Below, piece by piece: positions 34,193-34,947 of a stretch of DNA of 34,947 nucleotides. Within the stretch, counting starts at the first letter, position 1, and each line of letters begins with the position of its first letter. The stretch lies in the IMG/VR virus record IMGVR_UViG_3300048574_000528, positions 1 through 34,947 of that record. One strand, written 5' to 3'. A program made the position numbers and the translations under genes. A model generated the notes under the pieces. That model saw only the letters and a program-made list of their open reading frames with translations, was not told where the DNA came from and did not search any database. Origin of the DNA: a virus (lineage: Duplodnaviria; Caudoviricetes).

Positions 34193-34301
34193 CGAAGTAG
34201 TGATTTCAGCGAGTTGGCTGCTGCGGAAAGTGTCTGTAAGTTGTTGATTATTCGTTGGACGCCAGCGCCGAAGTAGTGGAAATAACTATTTCCACTACTT
34301 C
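34193..34301. promoter_or_regulatory. Putative recombination site with accessory half-site and IHF box
   Basis: GAAGTAGTGGAAATA-AC-TATTTCCACTACTTC at 34270-34301; extra CGAAGTAGTG at 34193; 34237-34249 reads AATCAACAACTTA on the minus strand, matching WATCAANNNNTTR. Confidence 0.75.
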
Positions 34302-34347
34302 ACGATTTATCACCCGATCCCGCCCACCCTTGAGGATGGCTGTTGCC

Positions 34348-34947
34348 ATGACTGACGCACCCAAACCTTCCGATGTTCGGAAACGCCGCCGCCGCCGCGC
34401 CGAAAACGAGATCAAGTACCTGACTGCCGAAGAGCTTGACCGGTTCTTCGCGGCGATCGATTCTCCCAGGGACTTGGCGATGTTCCGCGTGGCCTATCAT
34501 CGCGGCTTGCGAGCTCGGGAAATCGGTATGATCCAACTCGCGGACTGGGACGCCCACGCCGATCGTCTCCGAGTCCGTCGGCTGAAGGGTAGCCGGGGTG
34601 GAGAGTTCCACCTGACCAAGAAGGAAGTGAAGGCTCTGCGCGCCTGGCTCAAGGTTCGGGGCTCTGCTCCCGGACCACTCTTCGTGTCACGAGTCGGACG
34701 GCCGATCAGTCAGCCGATGCTGGACCGGTGGATGAAGCACTACGGGGCACTGGCTGGCGTCCCGCCTGAGAAATGCCACTGCCATGCCCTGAAGCACTCC
34801 TGTGGAACCCACCTGCTGGAGCGTGGCGAGAACATCGAGGACGTCCAAGATCACCTTGGGCACGTGAACATACAAAGCACCATCGTCTACGCGCGTTTGA
34901 CCAACCGTCGACGCCAGGAGCGCGATCGCCGTTTGCGCGAGTGGTAA
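34348..34947 (+). CDS. FimB/FimE-like catalytic-domain-only tyrosine recombinase
   Basis: KYLT..E, GLRAREI, RRLKGS, HALKHSCG, LGHVNIQSTIVY; about 199 aa. Start 34348 or 34336. Confidence 0.9.
   Translation: MTDAPKPSDVRKRRRRRAENEIKYLTAEELDRFFAAIDSPRDLAMFRVAYHRGLRAREIGMIQLADWDAHADRLRVRRLKGSRGGEFHLTKKEVKALRAWLKVRGSAPGPLFVSRVGRPISQPMLDRWMKHYGALAGVPPEKCHCHALKHSCGTHLLERGENIEDVQDHLGHVNIQSTIVYARLTNRRRQERDRRLREW

Larger units (their letters stand above)
1..34947. mobile_element. Temperate prophage, HK97-like head with non-contractile tail
   Basis: Canonical order: integrase, xis, early genes, replication, regulators, HNH, terS, terL, portal, protease, capsid, neck, tail tube, chaperones, tape measure, tail tip. 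No sheath gene seen. Confidence 0.95.

Noticed and set aside
1-34947. attL/attR, tRNA, rRNA or CRISPR arrays
   Set aside because: The window is clipped at the recombinase stop codons, and no terminal repeats, cloverleaf or repeat-spacer pattern was recognised.

Overview
The whole window reads as one temperate, GC-rich, HK97-type siphovirus-like prophage, clipped exactly at the stop codons of two tyrosine recombinases, so no att sites are visible. The left arm (minus strand) holds an integrase, an excisionase, small early genes, an InsA-like protein, an HNH protein and a DUF3854-type primase/helicase with an iteron cluster. A divergent pair of ribbon-helix-helix regulators sits where CI/Cro would normally be. 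The immunity/accessory block carries an exported protein and a two-gene module resembling lambda RexA/RexB. Next come a sigma factor, a sigma-region-4 protein and a Zn-finger/HTH regulator. The late region has HNH, a probable cos region, TerS, TerL, portal, protease, capsid, neck and tail genes with a -1 frameshifted chaperone, tape measure, tail tip, fibre, a holin-like gene, and a FimB/FimE-like recombinase with its own palindromic site. An Acidobacteriota (Bryobacteraceae-like) host is a guess from recalled protein families. The most interesting points are the RexAB-like module, an open chimeric mini-terminase with a destroyed Walker A, a structured RNA switch upstream of the replication gene, fibre-like proteins with signal peptides, and no recognisable endolysin. 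All family calls come from motif recognition by eye; no database search was run.
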